A stretch of DNA of 64,000 bases from NCBI RefSeq assembly GCF_947568905.1, contig NC_079173.1, positions 12,834,001 through 12,898,000 of the forward strand. The letters are read 5' to 3'. A program made the translations under genes and the position numbers. The DNA comes from Ostrea edulis (taxonomy: Eukaryota). Under the pieces are notes generated by a model that was given only the letters and a program-made list of their open reading frames with translations, was not told where the DNA came from and ran no database searches. Shown here one piece after another: positions 37,701-52,000 of the stretch. Positions within the stretch are counted from its first letter, which is position 1. Each line of letters opens with the position of its first letter.

Positions 37701-40700
37701 AATCATCTGACAAGTCGATATGATTAGCTAACAAGACGACATTATCACCTGACAAGCACGATAGCATGTGAACATACATTGATTTTGTTGTTACAGTAAC
37801 TTAAACTGCAAAATAGAGCTTACAGCCCCGAGTGGAGTGACCCTTAGATTTGAATACATTGATGTGGAAACGCACACGGAGTGTCACAAGTCTTGTTGTG
37901 ATGTCATTCACATCTATGAAGGTGATTTCCAGTTCATGAAAATGAAACAATTCAATACTGAGCTCTGTTTAAGAATGTGTGTTTGTTAGTATGTGATCAT
38001 CGCTCACAAACACAGGGAGGGGACATCTTCAAAAGATTCAATTATTTGAAACTATTTAAGTTCAATGGACAAAAATCAATACATCCGAAACATTATCAAT
38101 TATCGCATGATGGTAATTCAGTTACAGAAAATAGAATGTTAACACTATCTGCACGAGGGTATTCCAAAGTTGTATGTATTGGCAGTGCTGAACGATTTTT
38201 ACCGTCAGAATATATTTTTTTAAAAATCATTCTTGGTGTATGGGGATTTTGTAACAGCCATGTTTATAATGCAGGTACTATAAAACCAGGGAATGAACCG
38301 ATTTCTTCGATATGTTATAAAAATAACTTCAAGCCCGACTTAATGTTTGAGAGCACTGGGACGACCTTGACCCTACAGCTGGTTACTGATGATCAAGTTC
38401 CGAGGAGAGGATTTGTAGCCATAGTTCAAGGTATCGATAATTCTTTTGCACAAATAACATGACCACATCAAACTGGTTATGGGAGCTTTTGAATAGAGTT
38501 GAGTACGCGTGCGTTCTTGAATCATTGGATGCATGTCAGTCATCTTGGAAATCGCAATTTTCCCCAAATTCTTTCTCGCATGCTGATGAACTTGTATCCA
38601 GGGGTCCGTGTTTGCCTAACTATCTATTTTGTATTGCTTGTAGGAGTTATGAGATTGATCACTGTTCGTTATCTTCACCTTGCATATGGAGTATATATAA
38701 GAATTAATTACAGAGTTATGTTTTGGTTTTATCCCCCCATAACACACACAAACTGATAAGATGTTCCTTAATTGAACTTCATTTTGTAATTTAAGTTGTT
38801 TCTTTTTATGAATACATGTATATAATTTTTCATGTAAAGTTGAAATGTTAGTGCGACTCGAGAAATGAAATACATTGAAGCGAAATAGGGTTGATTCTAC
38901 CAAAAGGTAGCAAGATAGGGTTAGTACTGCCAAACGGTAGCAAGATGGGGTTAGTACTGCCAAACGGTAGCAAGATAGGGTTAGTACTGCCAAACGGTAG
39001 CAAGATGGGGTTAGTACTGCCAAACGGTAGCAAGATAGGGTTAGTACTGCCAAACGGTAGCAAGATGGGGTTAGTACTGCCAAACGGTAGCAAGATGGGG
39101 TTAGTACTGCCAAACGGTAGCAAGATGGGGTTTGTACTGCCAAAAGTTGACAAGATATAGGGCTTACGGCGGGTGTGACCGATCGAGAGAGTATGCTTAC
39201 TCCTCCTAGGCACCTGATCCCACCTCTGGTGTATCCATCGGTCCGTGTTTGCCCAACTCTCTATTTTGTATTGCTTCTTGGAGTTATGAGATTGATCACT
39301 GTTCATTATCTTCACCTTTCAATGGTTATTACTGCCAAAAGTTAGCAAGATAAGTTAGTACTGCCAAAAGTTAGCAAGATAGGTTAGTACTGCTAAAAGC
39401 TAATAGATATGAATGAATTAATGCAACGAATCCAGATATAATTTATGTGCTACATTGTACTTGTATGCAAACTATATATCTGATTTGTTATGTATGCAAT
39501 TTTCTTTATGACATAGTGTTTCTGATTTCAATTGTGAGTGGGACCATTGAATAAGACATGGCTCTATAGTTTCAAGTCTTAAAAGCCTCAATCAATTAAT
39601 TGTTGATACATGTAGATCAGACAATCAAGAACGCGCTCGTTCAAATAGCAATCTGAGACATCACTACATGTAGTTTGTAGACGATGCGCCAAAATTGAAA
39701 AAAAAATTACTTGAAGGCGATCAGGATTCCGTATTCTGCAGGTGACACGAGGTCACATATCTCAATGTTATCATACAAACGCCTGTCTGATATTTGCTTC
39801 TAGTGAAGACAGGTTGCCGATCACCAATAAATACCGACATGTATCATACAATTGTACAGTCTACTCCTTAAATATGTCCGGGTTAGATTCACGTATACTT
39901 TTTGGATCGATGTCAATCATTCGTCATGTTCGTCATCCCTCTTTGTTTCGATTTTTTCTTCTCCAGAACGACTTGGTCAAATTAACTAAACTTGACAAAA
40001 ATTCTGTTAACCTTGTTTTAAGGGTTCGTTTTAAAACGATAGAGATCAATACAAAATCATGAAAATGTGTTTTAAAGGTCCTCTGGAAAACACTGTACTG
40101 AATATCAGTTTTATCATATACAAAAACGTGTTAGAGTTTGTTTGTTGAAACCAATGATAAATATCTAGGGTTAAACTTTGATATTTTGGAAAGTTAGTAG
40201 ATTTTTCTGGGTTCAGTAAATCAAAAATAGCATAGCATACGAAAATGTACCATTTTGTTTGCCCTTTCTCAACTCTACATTGACCATTCAGATGAGTAGA
40301 AAACCGCATATTTTCCTTCGGGAACTCACATCTTGGTAGGAAAAATAAAGACAAAAATCCGAGAAAAAAATCCGAAACTGTTGGATGAGGGCAAACCATT
40401 GACGTCATCCCGGATGCAACTGCAGCTGTTTTGAATGGAGATATCGAACTAAGCAATTGCGATTGAAGTAATTTGCTTCTTGTGTCAGGAAAAATCCATT
40501 TCTTTTAGATTTTATAAGAGCGATTAATATGCTATGAAATCAATAAAATGACTGAAAGTTGATCTTGCACTTTTGCAAAAATTAGAATGTGCATCAATTG
40601 TCCATGTCAATTACAATTTGAAGAATTCCCCAAATCTATATTGAGATACTGGAATATGAGAGTTGACATTATCTGTGTAATGTTTAGTGATCCGTCGGTG

Positions 40701-42993
40701 GTATTCCCATGAACTCAAATTGTGTTCCTTTATTAGCTAAGCTTCTTTTGTATTATTATGAGGTATGAGTTTTTCAAACACTTCTGCTTGAGAAAAAGAA
40801 ATTTCTTGTTGTTGCCTTCATCTCGACATTTATATACATTGACAATGTTTTATTTATTATCAATGTTCTCTTTCATTTATAATTGATTTGATATACCCCA
40901 GCGAACTCGAAATGAAAGAGACGACAGAGTCTTCCACATACGCTTCATATTTGGATGTTTTACTGAACATTGATGTCAACAGGCTGTCAGCAGGTGCTGC
41001 AATACCAATGATATGAACTTTGAACCATAAAAAAATTAGTTTAACAACTGTCTGGATACAAAGGGCAATTTCATTTGTTTGTGAAGACCCATAGAAATGT
41101 ATTTGTGAAGACCCATAGAAATGTATTTGGCGATATAATTGTGTAATTCATCGGGTTGAGTTCAAGGGAGATTTTTCTTCCACCAGTCTTATTGACCTTG
41201 AGTATCTGGTCCGCGAGTAATAAGAACGTATCTATCACTTTCATGGTGTCATCTTAAAACTGCACAACTTTTGTACAACTGTTGTATTCTGAAATACATT
41301 TTACGTTTTACTCATCCTTATTCAAAACGAAAAAAGAAACTCCAACGAAAAAATCATATTCCTACCCTTGCGCCATGTTCACTTTAAATCTTTTTAAATA
41401 TTCTTATAACAAACTAAAATTGCGTAATACGAAACCTCCAAAACTGGTAAAACTACATGAATCTTTCACAACTTATTCAACAATATATGAAATTTGAAAA
41501 CAAGTTTTTAAAAAAAATGGTTTGATTGAATTTGCTCCAGATGTACATGGCATGGAATAATTCATGGTTAATGATTAAATGTGGATAATTTTACATCACA
41601 TCGATAAAAGATAAATGTAAATTTTGTCATGCGTAGATTAGTTTTACAAAGGTGCTAGTTTACAAACTCAGTGATCATCGTTATTACATATTATGGTTCC
41701 CGGAGTATGTGACCGGTAAACAGGAAATGCTTACTCCTCCTATGCACCTGATCCTACCTCTGGTTCGTCTAGAGTTTCGTGTTACACTTAATTTGTATTC
41801 TTTACGGGATTTATGAGATTGGTCACTGTTCGTTTCCTTAACTTTCTATGGCAACATAACTAGCATATCATGTTAATATATTTAGGAAATTTTAGATAAT
41901 ATTTTCTCAGAAAACTGGATTCATCAGTTTTTTAGTGGATAATATTTCGTGGATTTGTCAAAATTGCAATGTAGTTTCCTTGAAAAATACATTTTGTGGA
42001 AAGCAACTTCGTGTATTCTTTATAAGCTAGATTTGTACTTTGTTGATTACTTGATTTAGTTGTTTAATGCTTAACCACGAAAGCAAACAGAATTGATGGT
42101 CAATAAAAAGATGAAACCATTGTATGTGAAATAGTTATTTTTAGTGAAGAGAGTGATATAAAAAAAGTTTTCATAAAATAATTAACTGTCACATATTAAC
42201 CACAATATGAATCCGAAAAGAATTAAATGTCAGATAGGTACATGTTTGCCTCGGCAGTTAAGATGTGTTCACAGTGATTGAAATAAACCAAAGTGCTGTG
42301 AGTGACATATATTTCGCTAATAACAATTCATTAATTATACATTTCCAACTAAATGCCACGCAGCAGCTGTTAAATGCCTCTAACTGAAATACGACCTTCA
42401 GGGTGATTTAAGTGACAAATACAAATTAAGAGTAAAGTTTCTGTACAACTGAGCCAGCTTTGAAATTCTTATTTGTCATCATTTCAATTGTTTTGGTTTT
42501 GAAATGATAGTTGAAATAGATGGCAACGTTTTGACATGTGAAAAATCACAGGGAGAAAGAAGCTGGTTTAAGCTGGCATTGACTAATTAGAGGTTAAACT
42601 GTTCACTGTCTGAACTCCTATATACATTGTTATTGATTTAGTGTCAGGTCTTCTCTTTTGCTTTGCTTACAATGTACTTCATATATTCTTCCTAAAACAC
42701 CTAAAAACCTAAACAAAAAACAAAAACCAATGCACTCTGCTTGATCTTTCTCTATATTTACTTATACATGTATTTGTAAGGTTTTACTGTTCTTCATGTG
42801 CATGTATCAAATATGTAATTTGAACGTAATAAATAGTGTTATTTCACTGTCCCATCAATGTAGTCTAAAACGTACTTTTGTAAATTATAGAAAGTTACGT
42901 TTTTGATACTTCAATTTACTAGTGTGGACATTTTGATATTATAGTTAACTATAAAGGAAACTCGTATCTCTATCTTAGTTTGGTTTACCATAG

Positions 42994-43056
<63 letters not shown>

Positions 43057-46000
43057 CTTGTTCAATTTGGTATAATTTTGGATACTTATTGAAGAATGCG
43101 TATTCCATTTTCATTTCGTGAAATGTTTGTTCACAGAAGTGTCATTTCGTTGTGTTTTAATGGTTTGAGAACGTGCAAGCTATTTGGATGAAATGTATTA
43201 AAGTAACTCTTGCATCGAAATCGATGCTGCATTTTGTAATGGTTGAGCTTAGAAATGGGCTCCAGTGTATCGAATTATACAAAAAAATAAAGTAACATTC
43301 TGCGAATGATTTCCAATAACTTGAATGCACATTAGCTGTAAGTCATACACATTCATATTTCAGCTAAAGAAGGCAATTCTACGTTGGTCACTGTAACCCC
43401 TGAGGTGACAGATGCAACCGTCCCACTAATAACAGGTAGGATATATGTAAATGTCCCTCAGAAGAAGTAGTGTATATATATCATCTTACCCAATTTCATA
43501 TCCCTCATATTCTGGATATTAAGAAATTGAATGGAACAAATAGAGACAATTGTTTTGAGATTGTTCACTGTTCGTTATCTTCGCCTTTTCATAACCGAGT
43601 TTTGAGTGCATTTAATGCCAACCCACTTCATTCAATAATCCTTGCTCTATCACAATGTATACGAGTATTTCAGGAAAAATGTATTGTAAAGATGTATTGT
43701 TTATCTATCAAAACATTGTTTTAGTGATTGACATATTTTCTATAGATACACCTTTTCTATCCATTCATTTGAATATGGAAAATGTTCTCCACCGAGATTG
43801 ACTAAAATTCGACACCAATCTTTAAAAGATAACGAAATAGTTACCGCACAATTCTGCACGAGACCTCCGCATTGCATTTAGTACCCACTTTGTCGTCGTT
43901 TGTATTCGTGACGCTGCAAATTTATATCATTTCATGGCGCTCCGAGTCGTAGCAGTAAAATGCGTTATTACGCCAACGCCTGACGTGAAAATGGACCTCA
44001 GTGTAATGTTCTGACAATATAATCCGGGAATTCATTATACTGCACGAATTGGTTTTGATTTATGGAAGAGAAAATAAAAGATGGTTGATCCCATGCAATT
44101 AACGAGGTGACCATCATTGACAGATCCAAGTTTTACTAAACTTCTTACCTCTGTCTTAAGAATTCCGTATGTTCCAATTTACAATATGATGCTTCTGTTT
44201 GTCTAAATCTAATGTGTTACTAAGTAATTAAAAATTCCTAGATGACGGGGGGATTCGGTAAAAATTGAACGTCATGGGATAACAAAGCTTAAACTTTTAT
44301 GTAAGTTGCACCTTGATTTATTTACCATATAGAAGATACTCCGTTTACCTTATCAGGATATAGGGCTCACGATGGGTGTGACCGGTCGACAGTGGATACT
44401 TACTCCTCTTACGCACCTGATGCCACCTCTGTGTGTTCAGGGATCCGTGTTTTCCCAACTATCTATTTTGTATTGCTTATAAGAGTTATGAGATTGATTA
44501 GTGTTCGTTATCTTCGCCTTTCATTGTGCTAAAGGTCGAAAAATTTAACTCATCAAAAGTCAATAATTGCTTAACAAATTTGTAGAACCAAGTCATGACG
44601 TCTTTGAAACGCTTACGTATAGTAGATTTGAACTTCGCTGCGACATACCCACATTAGAAAATGGCATCGATATCACATGGACTAAAGATGGGTCTCCTTT
44701 TCGACCTGTTTTGGATTCTAGCAGAGTGTACTTCATGGAGGATAAAAGTCTCGTTATATTTACGTCCATTTTGAAAGAGGATGGTGGTCTCTATGTATGT
44801 GAAGCTGATAGCCCATTTCATCCAACGTACACTGGGCGGATCATCGTCAAAGACAGAGGTATTTCACTATAAAACAAAGATATTTTACTAGAAGCAGTTT
44901 CATATCACAAAATATTAAATTGAACTATGATTAACTTGATTTAAAAATATGATACGTTAATTTATACATACAACCGTAAACTATACAAGAGTTTAATACC
45001 TTGAATGAATTAAGAGGAAATCTCTGACTCCTTGAGTAAATATTAATAGGGAAAATACTAATACTTTGAATACCTATTAATAGAAAAACATATAATTCTT
45101 TGAATTGTTCTGATCCAAAAGTCGAAACTTTGACTTACTATGAAAAATTCCATTGATTCATGTATATTACTTTTAAGTGAAATATCGTCGATGCTTTGGA
45201 TATATTGGCCAATACATTATCAAGGTGCAGTGAATAGTAAAACTTTGATTTACTGTAGCTGTACCCACAGTATAATGTTGACATTAGAGATAATCATAAC
45301 TAAAATATCAATATTAGGTTTGCTATTATGAAAATCTAATGATTGTGGTGTACTTTGGTGTTGTCTATTGAAAATGAATTTAAAAAAAATTCAGTAACCC
45401 TATACTTAAATACTTCAGTTACATTTTCTGAGAAATTGCAGGACTGTATAAATAAAATAACGACCCCTAAATTAAAAAACAAGAGATATAATGGATAGCC
45501 CTTGTATTTAAGATTTATTTGTGCTGTCTCAAATTAGGACTGAATTGTGACCAAAACACCTGTCTTAATGGAGGGACATGCTTTGAAACGACCAACTCTT
45601 ACAGATGTGAGTGTGTTCCAGGGTATGAAGGGACACGCTGTGAGAAAGGTAAGCATGTAGATTTCTACAGTCCAGTACATTTAATGTAAAACGTCTTTAT
45701 GGATATTTCTATTATTAGTAAATTTAAGTCATAAAGAATGAATTTAAAACTCTTTCAGAATTTCATTTTGTTTTCAAAGAAGTTTCCAATATCAAAACAA
45801 ATAAAACTTGATGACTACTTTTCATCTTCAGAATTTATTCAGATCACATCATTATATATCAAAATGCTTCAACCATTTGTTCATATACCAAATTCAATGC
45901 ATTTCATACGCTCTCGTGATCTGCCAGTCTGTTTTACAGTCCTTATGAAATATTTCGATTATGTTTGGAAACGTTTTACAATATTCTTTGGGTATATTTG

Positions 46001-49000
46001 GACATGATAATTTTCGGGAAATGTCAGAATAGAGCCCAGTTTTAAGTTATACCACTGAGAGTAATGTTTCATGAATATATTTTATGATCTTCCTTCAGAT
46101 ATAGATGAATGTCAAGAACTCAACATATGCAACAACGGATCTTGTATCAACACCCAGGGTTCATACAACTGTGATTGTCAGGCTTTATCTGGATGGACCG
46201 GGGACTTTTGCGATGTGGGTCGGTACTTTGTTATTTTGATAGTTATCTCTTAATGTTATAAATACATGTATGTTGATAAATATTAAATATTCAAAATATC
46301 CGGGTATTATCATGAAAGCAAATTAAGCCAGAAAATGTTTACACCTAATGATCATCAGGAAGTTGAAAATTGTCTCCACACAGACACCGATTTGCTTAAG
46401 CAATTAATGCACGCAAAGTATATCTGTATTTTAAGTAAATCTGCATCATATAAAATACAATGTAATTTTATTACTGAGGACATTGCTAATTTTATATTTT
46501 GTCCGGTAGTCGAGACCGAATATAGGGTTTTGCTAAATGTGTTAATTTTTCAAAAAGCGATATCATGCATGGTGATGTTTATTTAATTCTTTTATCAAAT
46601 TTGTATCTTAACAAAACAAGATAGTTCACTGTAATTGTGTTTTAATTCTACAATTTCAAATGTGTATTAAATTCTGTAACAGTAATATTTCTTTGAGTTA
46701 AACTCTTGCCGGCAATTGAATTTATCAATATTTGAAATTGATATTATCATAATAATTGACAAAGAACACAGATACGGAGTTGTTCAGCGATACCATTCCA
46801 ATTTTTATTTGAAATAAGAAATAAATGAAATACACATGGCAAAGAAACAGCATACGTAGAAATGGTCCACAGTAGATATATCAACTACTAGTTCCGAAAG
46901 TTTATATATAGATAAAATAATTTAAATGTAAACATACTCAATTTTGTTCCCACATGAAATTATACCATGATTAACATCAAATTCATTTACTACGCAATAT
47001 TAAAATGTCTGCGGGATCTTCTATATAAGAAGTCATTCTAACGTGATTTCGAGAAGAAGAAATAAACCTTTTGAAAATGAATTCCGAACGTGGTGAACCC
47101 TTCTGTTGCAATTGTGTGAAGAAGAAGAAAAAACATGTAAGAATGTCAATGATCAGAGCTATCCGTGGTTTAATAATAGTAAAAAGAGTTGATGCCATCT
47201 AGAAATTGTGCAGTGACTGTGCGTTTGTATAAAATTAGTGATCCCGATTTCAAATTTTACTATACCCTTCAACAAATTAAAGGGAAAGAAAGCGAAATAC
47301 TTTAGCCAGTATTGATAAATTGTTTGCTCTTTTATCCTTGAACAAATACCTATTGTGACTGCAGAACATAAAACGAAATGTACATTCGTAAGCTACTGTA
47401 ACATATGACATTTTAGTGAAAACCGTCAAACGTTAAGTAATTTTACCATATTTAGTTCAGCATAGCAGTAAATGACGAATCCTGATAATCAAATTTCTTA
47501 ATCTAGCATGCTGTATCAAAATATATCACCCAGGCATCTGATTCCCCCTCTGTCATATCCAGGGGTCCGTCTTTCTTAATGTTGTATTATTTTTAGAAGT
47601 TATGAGATTGATCACTGTTCGTTATCTTAAACTTTTTATCAATGTTAAACTTATAAGGTACCAATTTTGATGCACCAGATGCGCATTTCGACAAATAATG
47701 TCTCTTCAGTGATGCTTAACCGAAATGTTTGAAATCCGAAATGACAATGAAGTTTTAGAGCTATTTTAGGGAAAACAGTGCCAAAATAAGAATACAAGTC
47801 AACATGACTTGCATTATTTTTTAAATTCTGTATTAATTCTTTGTGAATTGTAAACAATCGATAATCAATAGAAGGTGGTGTTAAATACTACCATATTTGA
47901 AACTACCTGCCACATATTGTAATGTATGTTGTTCATACTACAAACAGACGTGAACGAATGTGAAGTCAACCAATCCTTATGTGCACCACATGGGGTTTGC
48001 GTGAACACGAAGGGTGGTTTTGTTTGTCAGTGCAACGATGGTTGGATGGGATTCCACTGTCAAAAAGGTAAGGAAATTAAATTATGAAATGTTGACATAT
48101 TTGCCGTAATAGACATGGATTGTAGGCGGGTGTAGGAGAGAGGGGGTTCTTGTATATGACGCCCAGATTTTGCAGATTTAGAACTCGCTCCCCCTTTGGT
48201 TCTACTTCCGATGTAGATATCGCGACCTTAAGATTCCAAACATAGCTAACACATTTTAAACTAGAATGGTTATATTTGAATTTCAGATGAACGACCTCAA
48301 TTATTCAATAATAATGTTGGACATCAAGCACGATACTTCAAGAAATAGTCCCATTCATTAATTTGTCTTTTTTTCGCACAGATATAGATGAATGCGAGAG
48401 CATGACGTCCGTGTGTTCGGGGAATGGTCGATGCTCAAATAGACCAGGTAGCTTTTCTTGTGAGTGTAACGCTGGATGGAAAGGACCGATGTGCTCCGTA
48501 AAAGGTATGAAAGCAGAGACAAACACTTCAAAAGCGTAGGCATAAAGTGCAACGTGTGCTTATACCAAAAGCAGAGATGACACCTATTTGTTTGCTGTAA
48601 AAGTCAAGTCAATTTGAAAAAGACCTTATATTTTGAAAGATTTCGACGTGACGTAGACAAACTTATTTCCCTTGTAGCTGGTAACTAATAAGACGAGTTT
48701 TGATTAATTAACAAGCCGAGTGTAGATCGTTGTCCATTCTGATAAAGATTGGGGATTTGCATTTCAAAGAACGGAAAGTCACAATTAATTGTCTTCTACA
48801 AGGAAAGATGAAAATAATGATGTTCGTTCTTTAGAACATATTCGTCACGATTCAAAGTGTTGTAGCAGTACGTCAGTACGTTATATATCCCTGGCTAGTA
48901 AAACACAAAATAAATCACGTGAATTCCCTTACCTTAATCACTAAGTAATAAAATATTTAATTTGGTTACAATGGAAATGAATTCGTTATCCAAATCTAGT

Positions 49001-52000
49001 CAAGGTATTTGGGTATAAACCCTGTGTTGTATTCTAAACATCCCCAGACCGTAAATCCCCGACCCTTGATTGGACGTGGATAGATATGAGTACTGTGAAT
49101 ATACTAGTCTTGTATGTTGTGTGTGTATATATTGTACAACTCGCTCATGTATATTATATATTCAATTTGAACATTTTAGATGAATCCAGTTGTATTCACA
49201 TTCCATGTAAACATAACGGATCGTGTTTGTTGGATGATACAACAAAGAAGTATCATTGTGTCTGTGCTGAAGGATTTGAAGGTGAATACTGCCAAAAAGG
49301 TAAGTGTCATACATTTCAGTCATATATTTTCTAATTTTATCAAAAGCTACAAGAAAATGTGTATATACGAACAGTGATCAATTTCATAAATCCCATAAAG
49401 CATACCAATTTAAGAGCAGGACAAAACAGTTCATTGGATAAAGCAGAGGTGGGACCAGGTACCCAGGAGGAGTAAGTATTCCTAATCGACCAGTCACAAC
49501 CACCGTGAGCTCTCTATCTTGATTAGGTAAATGGAGTAATCCATACTCACTATTATCGATGAAAGACTACAAGATCAGGCCTGTATTGGACTCTTACGGC
49601 CTTTGAGCAGGGCGGAATCTTACACGTGCCACACCTGCTGTGACTAGGGGCCTTGTTTGTTGGCGGTCTCATCTGAAGGAACGCGCCATTTAGTCGACTC
49701 TCACAACAACCAAACTGACACTCAAAACTTATTCTAACCCAGATCCCCTAGGGAATGTAACCGAATAGTACTAAATAAATATGTGAAGGTGACGATGGAG
49801 AGTTTTAAGGCATCCCATTCGTCATAAACTTGAGTTGTCCATTTGCCGTTAACATCTATGTTTAATAAAATATCCAAATATGAAGCAGATTTGAAAGACG
49901 CTATGGTATCTTCTACTTTAAGTTCACTGTTTAGGATAAATTGAATAAACATAAGAACGAAAAAGAACATTGTTAATAGATAAAACGTTGTCGATATATC
50001 TAAATCTTGAGTTGTAGGCCACATGAAGATATTTTTTCCTCCCATGTAGAAACTTTTGAATGAATTCGTATGTCGATTCGATAAAATTTATGAAATGGAT
50101 CCCTGTTTGTTATCTTCTCTTTTATTGTTCATTCTCTCCGCCTGTTCCTTTCAGAAAAAAATCACAAAGTATAAATTGGGCAGCTATTTCATCAACAAAA
50201 ATTGCCGTATGTTGTTTGAATGACAATGAGAAACACTTTCTGCAATACAAAAATTCTTGTAAGAACTTGTCAACTGGTCTGATTGAAAGAGTTAAGGAAA
50301 GAGAATTCCGTATGGGATTGACGATGGCAATATACTAGAAAACCAACAAGTGTGAAGTTGTAAGAACACATGCATTTATGAATGTAGTTGACAAAATCCA
50401 CCATTGTTGATCAAGAAGTTGTTCCAGCAATAGCTGTGGTGAATACGAGCATTTTAAGTGTTAATGTATCTGCAGATGACTCCGTTTACCTGATCAAGAT
50501 ATAGGGCTCACGGCCGGTGTGACCGATCGACAAGGGATATTTACTCCTCCTAGGCACCTGTTCCCACCTCTGGTTTATCCAGGGGTCCGTGTATGCTCTA
50601 CTCTCTATTTTGTATTGCTTATAGGAGTTATGAGATTGATCACTGTTCATTATCATCACCTTTCATAACTAAGGTATGACTTGAAGCATAAACTACAACT
50701 GTATGAAAAGTGATGATAACGAACAGCGATCAATCTCCTAATTCTTATAAGCAATACAAAAGAAATAGAATTGGGCAAACACGGACCTCTGGATATACTA
50801 GCGGTGGGATGATGTGTCCAGTAGAAGTAAGCATACTATGTCACATTCGCCATCATTCCTATGTCTTGATCAGGTAAACGGAGTAAACAGTAGTCATAAT
50901 CAGTAAGCCAAGAACAGCCAAACAATCGGTATGAAACATGCCAGACAACATTTGACCCAATGATAGGTTGTGTTGACAAACTAAATCTTTATAACGACCA
51001 TAGATTTTGCAAAATGCTCACTTCAAAAGAGAATGTTAAAACCCCTTTAACATCAACTTGATTGACAATAGCCTACCTCGATTTAAAAATTGATCATACG
51101 CAGAATAAACTCTTGCGTATCGAACCAGTTGAGAGATATAAACAGTATGTATAAGATATCTTTTGTGATTATCCTGAGTACCTGATCCTGTATCTGGTTT
51201 GTCAAAGGGTCCATATTCGCCTTCCTGTAAATTTTGTTTTAGTATTTATATGATTTATGAGGTTGGTCACTGTTCGTTTACACTTTATCGTTTAGTTGCA
51301 TGGGGGTTGATGTTGGAAGAATTAGTGGCTTTTAGATGAGGCGGGTTTTCCTTTAAAGTCTGATGGTAACAAATTGTTTCATTCAGGGGATCAGAAAAAT
51401 ACCTACCTACTTGTAAGTTATATAGAAAACTTCTCCGTCCACAAAAGATGACTACAGAGGGCTTACACCCTTTATCTTTAGATTAAATTCATTACATTTT
51501 ACAGACGTAATTCTACGATATACCAATAGTTTACTGAAATGCTTCGAATATGATTTTAAATGCATGTCAACACTTCATATTCGTCCTGTTTGTTTGTTTT
51601 TCACTGTTCGTTAAACTTATGACAATATTACAAAACAACATGTATATATTCACTTTACATTAACATCAGATGAAGTTGGACATTGATCAGTGTATAGTCT
51701 ATATTTATTATGGGTTCCTTGAATATTCAAAGTCTATAGCCTGAACGCAATATTCCTTACATAACATTGCAGACTATAATTTACCATGGTACTATTTGAA
51801 TCACAATTTATTATCCTAAATCTATAGTAACGTAGGCAACACGTATGTGTCTATTACCGGGTGAAGGAATTTCATTATTGATATTGTTCTTACTGCTTAG
51901 ATATAGATGAATGCAAGACCATGAAGACTGTGTGTTCAGGGAATGGTCGTTGCTTAAATGAACCTGGTAGCTTTTCTTGTGTGTGCAACGTTGGATGGAA

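Noticed and set aside
36885-39315. Long repetitive ORFs (LVRSLYR..., LAVLTPSCYR..., ILLPFGSTNP...)
   Set aside because: They are translation artefacts of 21- and 30-bp tandem units, whose lengths are multiples of 3.
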